Of a DNA stretch of 35,326 nucleotides, positions 1 to 8,677 are shown piece after piece; the stretch's first letter is position 1; each line of letters begins with the position of its first letter. The stretch covers positions 1 to 35,326 of the forward strand of contig JAMDCX010000075.1 of the NCBI GenBank assembly GCA_023489375.1. The letters are read 5' to 3'. This DNA is from Planctomycetota bacterium. Its GTDB lineage: Bacteria; Planctomycetota; Phycisphaerae; WQYP01. A program made the translations under genes and the position numbers. The notes under the pieces were generated by a model. That model searched no databases, was not told the origin of the DNA, and saw only the letters and a program-made list of their open reading frames with translations.

Positions 1-92
1 TCAATGTATATTCCAATACACTTTCCTCCTCGCTTCGCGCCCACAACCTCCTGGCCCTCCGTCAACCCTAATTTGTAGGCGTGACAGAGCAC
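1..92 (+). repeat. Family-A MITE-like element, partial copy (right arm plus terminal inverted repeat), cut by the window edge
   Basis: nt 1-92 align by eye (roughly 75% identity) with the right arm of the full copy at 20858-21122. They end in the same terminal motif (ttgtaggcgtgacagagcac versus tttacaggtgtcacagagca). Confidence 0.6.
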
Positions 93-158
93 TAGTTTTG
101 CGGCCGGTTTTCTTTCATTCCTGACTTCTGATAGTATTTCTTATCAGCGGTTAAAGAA

Positions 159-1421
159 TTGGAGTTGCCATCCATGGACAGACCACAGCGAAAAAAGCCC
201 GCCAAATCGCGGTCAGGTGCAGCTATTATGACGTCCGCCGACGGCCGTATTCCTTCGCGTGGAGAAAGTGGTCCGACTGGAAAAAGCGTGGAAACAGCCG
301 TACAGAAGCGAGCGTTGTCCAACGGCAGTGGACGGGTATCCCGCAACAGCATTAGCGCGGCGAAAGATCTCGCCAGAATTTTGGGACTCTCCCGCTCCAC
401 GGTTTCCGTGGTGATGCGCGGAGAGTCGGCAAAATTTAAGCTGGCGCCGCGTACAGTAGCGCGAGTGCTTGCCGCCGCCAGGCAATATAATTATACGCCC
501 AATGCTTCCGCGCAGAATCTTCGCCGGCGACGTTCCAACACGGTAACCCTTATTGTCAGCAATTTCCGGTTTGATTGGACGGAGGAATTGTTTGCCGGTG
601 CGGTCGAAATACTTCACCACCATAACCTTACGCCGATTGTCACCGCGCATAGCAGTAATCCGTTGCGGCAGGAGACGGAGATCATGGCCGCCATAAGGCG
701 GCGCGACGCAGCGGTTTTATACCAGCCTTTAATAGAACAACACGCGTTATATCAGCGTCTGCTGGATGTGAATATACCGTTGATTCTGGTGGGAGATTAT
801 TCCGCCGGAACTGAACACATCAGCCATGTGATTTGGGATGCCGATGCGGCCGCACACCTGGCGGTGCGGCACCTTATCGCCATGGGTCGCACCCGCATTG
901 GATATGTAGGGGTGAATCTGCCGCTGGAAATGCACCAGAAGCGCTTCTGGGCCTATCAGCGGGAGCTCAAGGCGGCGGGCCTGACGTCCAATCCGCAATG
1001 GATATACCGGGCCGATCCGCATATATCCACCCATGAAGAGCTTCTTACCCAGGCGATCCCGCATATTTTTGCGCCCGGACGTACGCCACCGGATGCGATA
1101 TTTGCCATGAATGACGGCATTGCCATTCCGCTGATTACGGAAATAGAACGCCTCGGTCTGCACGTTCCCGAGGATGTCGCGGTGGCTGGAATTGGCGATA
1201 TGCCGATGTCGGGCGCCTGGGGTATTAATCTTACCACAGTCCGGGAACCGGTGCGGGCTATGGGATTGGAGGCGGCACGCGTAGTTGTGAGCCTCATTGA
1301 CGATCCCGGCAAGGCTCCCATACATCGGCTTCTTCCCACAGGCGATCTGATTGTACGACGAAGCACTATGGCCGCGCCGCAAACCGGAAAACGCCTTAAC
1401 GGTGTTGCGGGCAGGGTATGA
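159..1421 (+). CDS. LacI/GalR-family transcriptional regulator
   Basis: The HTH ISAAKDLARILGLSRSTVSVVMRG is followed by a periplasmic-binding-protein-like effector domain typical of LacI/GalR. The first ~60 aa form a basic low-complexity extension. The start could be 159, 174 or 228. Confidence 0.8.
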   Translation: MELPSMDRPQRKKPAKSRSGAAIMTSADGRIPSRGESGPTGKSVETAVQKRALSNGSGRVSRNSISAAKDLARILGLSRSTVSVVMRGESAKFKLAPRTVARVLAAARQYNYTPNASAQNLRRRRSNTVTLIVSNFRFDWTEELFAGAVEILHHHNLTPIVTAHSSNPLRQETEIMAAIRRRDAAVLYQPLIEQHALYQRLLDVNIPLILVGDYSAGTEHISHVIWDADAAAHLAVRHLIAMGRTRIGYVGVNLPLEMHQKRFWAYQRELKAAGLTSNPQWIYRADPHISTHEELLTQAIPHIFAPGRTPPDAIFAMNDGIAIPLITEIERLGLHVPEDVAVAGIGDMPMSGAWGINLTTVREPVRAMGLEAARVVVSLIDDPGKAPIHRLLPTGDLIVRRSTMAAPQTGKRLNGVAGRV

Positions 1422-1607
1422 TGGATAACTGTTTATAATCATGGGAATGCAAGGATTTTTCTGGCACCTTGGATCGTTCAGCAGGTCGGTTGAGAACCAG
1501 GGATTTTTCATATTTTGCAACCTACCGGCGCGGCGGTGAAGGCCGAACTTGAAAAGACTTGGTTTCAAGTTATGCGCCAATGTGCATACATATACATATA
1601 AATTAAT

Positions 1608-1681
1608 TGGGCGTTGAAGGACTCGGACCTTCGACCTTACGGGTGTGATCCGTACGCTCTAACCAACTGAGCTAAACGCCC
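1608..1681 (-). tRNA. tRNA-Val (anticodon CAC); CCA not encoded
   Basis: Hand-folded cloverleaf on the minus strand: acceptor GGGCGTT/AACGCCC, D arm GCTC-AGTTGGTTA-GAGC, anticodon arm TACGG-ATCACAC-CCGTA, T arm GAAGG-TCCGAGT-CCTTC, discriminator A. Confidence 0.85.
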
Positions 1682-1696
1682 GCACACTGAATTATC

Positions 1697-1725
1697 ATAT
1701 TACCGGAAGGTCGGGATGGATTCAA
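1697..1725 (-). promoter_or_regulatory. sigma70-like promoter for tRNA-Val(CAC)
   Basis: The minus strand reads TTGAAT (1725-1720), a 17-nt spacer, then TAATAT (1702-1697). The -10 ends 15 nt upstream of the mature tRNA 5' end. Confidence 0.4.
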
Positions 1726-1833
1726 TGCGGAGCGGCCTTGGATGTTCAAGGTCCCGGCAGCTATCAGGTCGAATGCAGATTCAGGATGTGCATCAGACAG
1801 GTGTGTGAATTTGGCATCCATGATATGTCGGCC

Positions 1834-2679
1834 TTACTCCAAAAGCATATTATCAAGCAAGCGGGTGGTACCCAGTCTGGCGGCTACTAGTAACACGGCG
1901 GGGGAGCTTACCAGGCCGTTGAACGCGGTGAGCGTTTCTGCGTGACAGGCTAGAGCGTATTGGACCTCCATGCCAGCCTTGCTTATCAACGTATACATTG
2001 CCGATTGCAGTGTTGCTGCATCACGCTGCCCACTGCGGTAGTGGTCCCTGGCAGCACACAGAGCCTGATAAATCGCGCCGGCACAAGCACGTTGTGAAGC
2101 CGACAAATATCGGTTGCGGCTGCTCATGGCCAGGCCGTCCGGTTCGCGTATGGTAGGAGCGGTAATAATTTCCACCGGCATATTCAAATCGGCCACCAAC
2201 CGCCGCAGAATCAATTGTTGTTGAAAATCCTTCTGCCCCAGAATCATGACCGCCGGCTGCACAAGATTCAATAATTTCGTCACTACGGTAGCTACACCCC
2301 GGAAATGTCCAGGCCGGAAGGCCCCTTCGAGCACCGCGCCCAGAGGTCCTGGATCAATCGAAATGGCGGAACCGTCGGGATACATTTCTTCCAGCGACGG
2401 GACAAAAACAGCATCCGCTCCCCACCGTCTTAAATGATCCATATCCAGTTCCAAGGGCCGGGGATATTTATGATAATCTTCATGAGGACCGAATTGGGTT
2501 GGATTGACGAAGATGGAAGCGACAACAATTCCATGAATATCCGCAATTTTTCTGGCCATTTGAACCAGACTGCCGTGCCCTTCATGTAAAGCTCCCATGG
2601 TGGGAACAAAAATGATCTTTTCCGGTCCCGTAGATTGTCGGTAACCGCGTAAATCAGCAATAGTTTTATATATCTTCAT
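1834..2679 (-). CDS. panC: Pantoate--beta-alanine ligase (pantothenate synthetase)
   Basis: Motifs FVPTMGALHEGHGSL, ASIFVNPTQFGP and AMSSRN match the PanC family. The start is placed at MKIYKT (2679), which avoids overlap with folK; the ORF is open to 2709. Confidence 0.9.
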   Translation of the reverse strand: MKIYKTIADLRGYRQSTGPEKIIFVPTMGALHEGHGSLVQMARKIADIHGIVVASIFVNPTQFGPHEDYHKYPRPLELDMDHLRRWGADAVFVPSLEEMYPDGSAISIDPGPLGAVLEGAFRPGHFRGVATVVTKLLNLVQPAVMILGQKDFQQQLILRRLVADLNMPVEIITAPTIREPDGLAMSSRNRYLSASQRACAGAIYQALCAARDHYRSGQRDAATLQSAMYTLISKAGMEVQYALACHAETLTAFNGLVSSPAVLLVAARLGTTRLLDNMLLE

Positions 2680-2686
2680 ACTTTGA

Positions 2687-3187
2687 TCATACTTGCTGGA
2701 CCGGTACATCGGATCCGGTGGGGCAAGCCTGTAATAAAGCCCGAATAGATTTTCCCAGCCGTGGATGAATCAGTTCCGGAGCGATCTGGGCCAGCGGGCG
2801 TAACACAAAAACCCGTTCGTGCATACGCGGATGCGGAATTTCAAGTTCCTGATTATTTATAAGCAGGTTGTCATACAGGAGAACATCGAGATCAATGATA
2901 CGGGGACCATGCCGTATTTCGCACCTGCGATCACGTCCAGTATCACGTTCAATAGCGAATAACGCCAAAAGCAGTTTTTCCGGCAGTAAATCAGTGGCCA
3001 AACGCACGGCCGCATTGAGATAATCTCCCTGTCCGGGCGGCCCGCCGACGGGTGCGGTATTGATAAAATCGGAAACCCTTTCCACCCGCGTAGTCGGCAG
3101 CCGTGTCATCGCCGCCAGAGCCCGGTGCAGATTTTCCGCGCGGTTACCAAGATTGCTGCCCAGTGCGATGTAACAAATGGCTGCCAT
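2687..3187 (-). CDS. folK: 2-amino-4-hydroxy-6-hydroxymethyldihydropterin pyrophosphokinase (HPPK)
   Basis: YIALGSNLGNR near the N terminus, GPRIIDLDVLLY and PHPRMHERVFVLRPL are classic HPPK motifs. The start is taken at MAAICY (3187). Confidence 0.85.
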   Translation of the reverse strand: MAAICYIALGSNLGNRAENLHRALAAMTRLPTTRVERVSDFINTAPVGGPPGQGDYLNAAVRLATDLLPEKLLLALFAIERDTGRDRRCEIRHGPRIIDLDVLLYDNLLINNQELEIPHPRMHERVFVLRPLAQIAPELIHPRLGKSIRALLQACPTGSDVPVQQV

Positions 3188-3203
3188 GAAGTTGTACTTC
3201 CGA

Positions 3204-4541
3204 TTAGATGGTTCTGGACGCCTCATCCGGTGTTGCGTGGGGAGTTTCTATCTCCCGCGGCCGGGCGGTGAAAATTACCAGCATCAGTAATACCGACGCC
3301 CAAAGTGATACCCCTATGGTCAATAACCAGCGGTGCCCGTCCGGGCCGAAGATTTTTCCCACATCGGTGGTCAAAAACATTAGAAAAGCCGCCACGGATA
3401 GTGCGATCAACGCGCGCCGCCGCGTGATGTAAGGCATCAGCGGATCGGACAAAATCATACCCGCCGCCGCCAAGGTGAGAATCAGGGTAACAAAGTGCGG
3501 TACCCAGGTGCGTGGCGAGGCCCAGAGCATAAATGCCGCTACACCGCCAATTTCCAGCACATAGCGCCGATGTTGCAATGTCGCCAGCCGTCGGCGCGAC
3601 CACCACAAGCCCACGACCCCGATAACCACAAGTACAATGCGGATGACCATATCGGCAACCGGGGCCGGCAAATTAATCACATTGACATAATGGGCGGGAT
3701 GCAGTTGATCCGGGTGCATGGGAAAGGCCGGAACATGGCGAATGAGCCGGGCGATAAATACCGGAATGGATTGCCCGACAAAATAGGTCAGATGTCCGCC
3801 CCGCAAATAAGGTACAATCATAATATCGGTCCATTGGTGCAGCCAGAGCAGATTTTGGTGCCAACCGAAGATTGCCGCTGGAATCAACAGCAATCCGAGA
3901 ATCAACCCGACTATAATTCCCGCCGCCACCTGCCATTGACGTTTCCATAGGAAATAAATCAAAAACACCAGGGGTGTCACTTTAATACATACGGCGAGGC
4001 CAACGAGAATACCACCGGTCCATTTCCATCCCGGCGCATCCAATTGCGCTGCGCATAATCCGAGCGTCAGTGGCAGCAGCATGAGCAGATTCGTCTGCCC
4101 TTCCTGAATATCGCCCAGGACCGGCCATAACCAAACGGCCAGAATCAGCAGTATGGCCGTCAACGACAGTTTAACCCCCGCCTGTCGGGCCATGCGATAC
4201 ACGGCCCAGAATATACCGATACAAAAAACATATTTACACAAAGCCCAAACCAGTTCCGCATTCGGCGGAGAAAACCAGGTTAATGGTCCAAAAACCGCCA
4301 GAGTCAGCGGCGGCGTGGGAAACGTATCACTGGTATATGGTACATGGTGTTGAATGAACGGCGGCACTACCACCATCCAGCGATCCAAGTCATTGACGTA
4401 ATGCGTAGAACCGGTTTTCTCACGGTGCAGCACCCGGTCACGGGCCTGAAAGGCCGCCACAATGGTGATGATCAGCCCCACAGTCAGAATGATACTCACC
4501 GCGATCTGATACCGTGATAACTGTGAAGTCTTTTTATTCAC
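3204..4541 (-). CDS. Polytopic membrane protein, GT-C-type glycosyltransferase-like (DUF2029/GT87-like)
   Basis: The 445-aa ORF has more than 10 hydrophobic segments across its length and an early loop (DLDRW...TFPTPPL) resembling GT-C/DUF2029 mannosyltransferase-like proteins. It is clearly a gene; the family assignment is tentative. Confidence 0.55.
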   Translation of the reverse strand: MNKKTSQLSRYQIAVSIILTVGLIITIVAAFQARDRVLHREKTGSTHYVNDLDRWMVVVPPFIQHHVPYTSDTFPTPPLTLAVFGPLTWFSPPNAELVWALCKYVFCIGIFWAVYRMARQAGVKLSLTAILLILAVWLWPVLGDIQEGQTNLLMLLPLTLGLCAAQLDAPGWKWTGGILVGLAVCIKVTPLVFLIYFLWKRQWQVAAGIIVGLILGLLLIPAAIFGWHQNLLWLHQWTDIMIVPYLRGGHLTYFVGQSIPVFIARLIRHVPAFPMHPDQLHPAHYVNVINLPAPVADMVIRIVLVVIGVVGLWWSRRRLATLQHRRYVLEIGGVAAFMLWASPRTWVPHFVTLILTLAAAGMILSDPLMPYITRRRALIALSVAAFLMFLTTDVGKIFGPDGHRWLLTIGVSLWASVLLMLVIFTARPREIETPHATPDEASRTI

Positions 4542-4589
4542 GTCGTGAACCGCATCTTTCTGTACCCGCCCATAAAGCGGCGAGACTGT

Positions 4590-5756
4590 TTATATCTTCA
4601 ACCGGGCAATCCGGCTGACGGCCTCATGCAGACGCGACTCTTCTACGGTCAGCGCCAAACGCAAATAGCCTTCCGCCGGCGGTCCGAACCCTGCACCTGG
4701 AACCGTCACCACATTCGCTTCTTCCAGCAGTCGATTACATACATCCATCGAGCTGGTACCGTTCGGCGTATTGACCCAACAGAAGAAGCCCGCGGCAGGC
4801 TTGCGGAACTTCCAGCCGATCGCCGCCAGACCACCATGCAGTGTATCGCGGCGGCGGCGATAAGTGTCCATCTGTTTTTTAACCTCCGGGTGATCATAGT
4901 GCTCCAACGCCACGGTACCCGCCACTTGAATGGCGTTAAACTGTCCAGAATCTACATTCCCCTTCACTTGTCCTAACGCCGCCACCACGGCCGGATTGCC
5001 CACGGCCCAGCCGATACGCCACCCGGTCATATTGAAACTTTTGGACAGCGAATGAAATTCAATGGCGACATCCATGGCTCCAGGAACCTGTAAAATACTG
5101 CATGGGGGTTGCTCAAAATAGACCTCCCCATAAGCCAGATCGTTGGCGATAATCCAATGGTATTGCTTCGCCATGGCCACAGCTTTTTTATAAAAACTCA
5201 ACGGTGCCGTCGCCGCCGTTGGATTGTTGGGATAATTTAACCACAGCAACCGCGCCTGCTGTCGGACATCTTCAGGAATAGCCGTCAAATCCGGCAGAAA
5301 ATCGTTTTTTTCCAGCAAAGGCAGGTGAAACACCCGCCCGCCGGAAAAAATCGCTCCGCTGGCATACACCGGATATCCTGGTTGTGGCACCAGAACGACA
5401 TCTCCCGGATTGATCACCGCCATGGGTAAATGGGCGATACCATCCTTGGAGCCGATGGTGGTGATGATGTTTTGCCCGGCATCCACCGTCACACCGAATC
5501 GCCGTTGCATGAATCCTGCCGCAGCCTGGCGAAAGGCGGGCACCCCCTCATCAAAGGGATAACGATGATTTTTGGGATCGTAAATAGCCTTGGCCATTTC
5601 ATCAATAATAAATTTATGCGTCGGCAAATCAGGATCACCGACTCCCAGATTAATGACATCCTTACCCGCCGCCAGAAGTTCCCGCTTTTTGCGGTCAATT
5701 TCAATAAATAGATACGGCGGTAAGGCCTGTAAACGTTGAGACTTGGTAAAAGACAT
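4590..5756 (-). CDS. dapL: LL-diaminopimelate aminotransferase-type class I/II PLP aminotransferase
   Basis: LPPYLFIEIDRKK, INLGVGDPDLPT, the PLP-lysine motif SLSKSFNMTGWRIG and NVDSGQFNAIQ resemble DapL-type enzymes. The start is taken at MSFTKS (5756); the ORF is open to 5837. Confidence 0.65.
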   Translation of the reverse strand: MSFTKSQRLQALPPYLFIEIDRKKRELLAAGKDVINLGVGDPDLPTHKFIIDEMAKAIYDPKNHRYPFDEGVPAFRQAAAGFMQRRFGVTVDAGQNIITTIGSKDGIAHLPMAVINPGDVVLVPQPGYPVYASGAIFSGGRVFHLPLLEKNDFLPDLTAIPEDVRQQARLLWLNYPNNPTAATAPLSFYKKAVAMAKQYHWIIANDLAYGEVYFEQPPCSILQVPGAMDVAIEFHSLSKSFNMTGWRIGWAVGNPAVVAALGQVKGNVDSGQFNAIQVAGTVALEHYDHPEVKKQMDTYRRRRDTLHGGLAAIGWKFRKPAAGFFCWVNTPNGTSSMDVCNRLLEEANVVTVPGAGFGPPAEGYLRLALTVEESRLHEAVSRIARLKI

Positions 5757-5980
5757 CCGGTATACCTTTCCATTATGTGGAACATTTACGGTACCTTCCA
5801 GGTACCGGGCAGATGTGTCAGTGTAAGAAATATTCAACTTCCGGTAAAGTACACCATTGGGAAAGCGGCCTCGTATAAAAGGCGGTGCTGCCGACCCCTT
5901 TATACTGGTGGCAATCGGTCATCACGCCCACGGCAGAATAAATGGGCTGCTGGGATTAACTTTAACGGAGACGTATTGCA

Positions 5981-7246
5981 GTGATATTGGCCTATTACAT
6001 TCAAACGCTGAATCCATTTATCTGGCAATGGGGAAACTCCGGTTTTGGTATCCGCTGGTATGGAACCGCGTATTTGTTGGGTTTCATTATCGCCTATCTG
6101 TTGATGAAAAGATTTATCCGCACCGGCCGCATGTTACTGCCGATGGAGCAGTTACCGGACTTTGTGCTCTTTGTGGCTATTTTTGGGGTTTTAATTGGCG
6201 GTCGGCTGGGAGAAGCGATACTTTACCGCCCTGGGATGTTTACTAATTTTTCTCCGCCTTTTCCTTATTGGGGATTGTTGAAAATCCAGGATGGCGGCAT
6301 GGCGGCACATGGTGGCATCGTGGGTGTTTTTATCGCCACATGGTTTTTCGCCCGTCGTCGGGGATATCGTTTTTTGAATCTGGTGGATTGCGGGGCCATG
6401 GTGGCGCCCATCGGCATTTTTTTTGGCCGCATCGCTAACTTCATTAATGGTGAGGTTTATGGGCACATCTCCCATGCCCCATGGGCGGTGCAGTTTCCAA
6501 CGGAATTAATTTATCAATCTCAAAGCCTCGACGCGCGTATCCGCCATTTAGCGGGCGCTGTTGCGTCGAAACATCCCAATTTGGCGCATTTTATGGATCA
6601 AAATCCGGTGGCGGGAATGGTGCGCTATTTAAGCCGCCATCTGCAATGGCATCATCCCAGCCTGGCGACCGCACTGGATTTGCATCCGCAAGAAGAAATT
6701 ATCAAATTGGCCCATAGTGGTAAATATCCGTTTCTTAATGAGCAATTGCGTCACATTCCGGATTTTTTACGTAAGATTCAACTTGATGTCCACGCCCGCC
6801 ACCTGGCGGAGCAGGTTATGGCTCACTATCCCAAACTGGCTGGTGCAATCCGCAACAATCCCAATATGGAGCTTATTAATTTAGCGCGGCAAGGCAATAC
6901 CTACGTCATATCGCATCTGCGTGATTTTCTCAATCCACGAATTCCATCGCAACTCATCGAAGCCTCACTGGAAGGTTTTTTGCTTTTTCTGCTGTGCTAC
7001 TGGATTGGTTGGCGCTGGAAAAAAGAAGGCATCGCCGCCGCTTCCTTCGCGGTACTGTATCCCATCATGCGGATGATTGGGGAACAATTTCGCGCCGGCG
7101 ATCAGCCGAAACTGATTTTCGGCCATTGGATCAGTCTTGGCGATATTTACAGCTGGCCCCTGCTGTTTCTTGGCTTGATTTTTCTTATCTGGGCCATCCG
7201 TCGTCCGATTCCAATCGTACCGACGATTCCAGCGGCGAAAGGATAA
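5981..7246 (+). CDS. lgt: Prolipoprotein diacylglyceryl transferase with an enlarged periplasmic head insertion
   Basis: GIRWYGTAYLLGF, HGGIVG, GRIANFINGEVYG and PSQLIEASLEGF are Lgt signature blocks. The start is GTG. The protein is 421 aa versus about 290 aa in E. coli; the extra sequence lies between WAVQFP and RIPSQL. Confidence 0.85.
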   Translation: MILAYYIQTLNPFIWQWGNSGFGIRWYGTAYLLGFIIAYLLMKRFIRTGRMLLPMEQLPDFVLFVAIFGVLIGGRLGEAILYRPGMFTNFSPPFPYWGLLKIQDGGMAAHGGIVGVFIATWFFARRRGYRFLNLVDCGAMVAPIGIFFGRIANFINGEVYGHISHAPWAVQFPTELIYQSQSLDARIRHLAGAVASKHPNLAHFMDQNPVAGMVRYLSRHLQWHHPSLATALDLHPQEEIIKLAHSGKYPFLNEQLRHIPDFLRKIQLDVHARHLAEQVMAHYPKLAGAIRNNPNMELINLARQGNTYVISHLRDFLNPRIPSQLIEASLEGFLLFLLCYWIGWRWKKEGIAAASFAVLYPIMRMIGEQFRAGDQPKLIFGHWISLGDIYSWPLLFLGLIFLIWAIRRPIPIVPTIPAAKG

Positions 7247-7398
7247 TTTCCGGCAACGCCCGGAGATGCCACGCCATGCCGTGGCCGGTATTGGATTATA
7301 GGACCCATTATTCGCCACGCCTAAGCGTGTTCTGCAAGCGGTTGGCCCCGGTCCCCACCAGACGCCGCACCCCGTTTTTTACATTGGGCGAGCCGGCC

Positions 7399-7434
7399 TT
7401 GGCAAAAAGAATCATTAAATTTATCATAATGATT
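7399..7434 (+). promoter_or_regulatory. Candidate sigma70-like promoter of dxr-rseP overlapped by an 8-bp-arm palindrome
   Basis: TTGGCA (7399-7404), a 17-nt spacer, then TATCAT (7422-7427). The inverted repeat AATCATTA (7410-7417) / TAATGATT (7427-7434) has a 9-nt spacer and overlaps the -10. Confidence 0.3.
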
Positions 7435-7471
7435 GCTCGGCGGCTAAGGGCCGGTGAAGGAATTGCTTTTG

Positions 7472-8677
7472 ATGAACGACATAACCCCGATGGCGGTTGC
7501 TCCGCTTGTCTCTTCGCGTGGAATTGCCGTGCTTGGCAGCACTGGTTCCATTGGTACCAATACGCTTCAAGTCGTGGAACACTTAATAAAACAGGGACAG
7601 CCTTTTGAAGTTATCGGACTGGCAGCGGCATCCAGTTGGAAAAAACTGGCCGAACAAGCAGTGCGATTTAATCCCAAAGTGGTCATTTTAACTCACCCCG
7701 CCAATGCCGGCGATTTAACCGAACTTAAAACCGCTCTTGCCCATACACGTATAAAAGTGCTGACGGGCGATCAGGCCGTTGTAGACTTGGCGCGGCGCGA
7801 CGATGTAGCGGTAGTGGCCGCGTCGGTAGTGGGAGCGGCCGGGTTGGCTCCGGTACTGGCGGCGGCGGAGGCCGGTAAATGGATAGCTTTGTCTAATAAG
7901 GAGGCCTTGGTGGTTGCCGGCTGCCTGGTTATACCGCTGGTGGAAAAAAGCGGTGCCACGCTATTGCCGGTGGATTCAGAACATTCCGCCATATTCCAAT
8001 CGTTACGCTCCGGTCAATTACGCGAAATTGCGCGTATTATTTTGACCGCCAGTGGTGGTCCGTTTCGGAGCTGGACAGTTGAAAAGATGCGAACTGCCAC
8101 CGTGCAGGAGGCGTTAACCCATCCGAACTGGAGGATGGGACCAAAAATAACCATCGATTCCGCCACTTTAATGAATAAAGCTCTGGAAATTGTAGAAGCA
8201 CATTGGCTGTTTAATCTGCCGGCAGAAAGAATTGATGTGTTAATCCATCCCCAGTCAATTATTCACAGTATGATTGAATTTGTCGATGGCAGTACCATCG
8301 CGCAGCTTGGAACTCCCGATATGCGAACCGCCATTCAGTACGCTTTGACGCATCCGCAACGACATGGCGGATGCAGTTCGCGACTGGATTGGTCTACAAT
8401 TAAAGAAATGACCTTTGAGCAACCGGATCAACGCTTTCCCGCCCTCGGCATTGGTTATGAGGTAATCCGCCGTGGCGGTACCAGCGGTGCGGTGGCCAAT
8501 GCCGCCAATGAAACCGCCAATAGTCTTTTCCGGGCCGGTAAAATTCCGTTTGGAAAAATTGTGGATATTACCTCCGGTGTTCTGAAGAAACATCTGGATC
8601 ATGGTTTTGTGGGCCAGCCACAGCTCGCCGATTTATTGGCGGCTGATGCCTGGGCCCGTGCGGAGGCTGCACTATGA
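7472..8677 (+). CDS. dxr: 1-deoxy-D-xylulose 5-phosphate reductoisomerase
   Basis: GSTGSIGTNTLQV NADPH-binding motif, LSNKEALV, PVDSEHSAIFQ and NAANE match the Dxr family. The ATG at 7472 is preferred over the GTG at 7454. Confidence 0.9.
   Translation: MNDITPMAVAPLVSSRGIAVLGSTGSIGTNTLQVVEHLIKQGQPFEVIGLAAASSWKKLAEQAVRFNPKVVILTHPANAGDLTELKTALAHTRIKVLTGDQAVVDLARRDDVAVVAASVVGAAGLAPVLAAAEAGKWIALSNKEALVVAGCLVIPLVEKSGATLLPVDSEHSAIFQSLRSGQLREIARIILTASGGPFRSWTVEKMRTATVQEALTHPNWRMGPKITIDSATLMNKALEIVEAHWLFNLPAERIDVLIHPQSIIHSMIEFVDGSTIAQLGTPDMRTAIQYALTHPQRHGGCSSRLDWSTIKEMTFEQPDQRFPALGIGYEVIRRGGTSGAVANAANETANSLFRAGKIPFGKIVDITSGVLKKHLDHGFVGQPQLADLLAADAWARAEAAL

Noticed and set aside
128-147. Inverted repeat CTGATA-N8-TATCAG upstream of the LacI-family gene as its operator
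   Set aside because: The arms are only 6 bp and it lacks the central CG-containing core typical of LacI/GalR operators. Evidence is insufficient.
213-1580. Minus-strand ORFs 213..650, 747..1580 and 956..1366
   Set aside because: They are antisense to the well-supported LacI-family gene and have no recognisable motifs.
5857-6246. 129-aa plus-strand ORF overlapping the lgt start in another frame
   Set aside because: The Lgt frame carries the conserved N-terminal motifs from 5981. The alternative frame has none.
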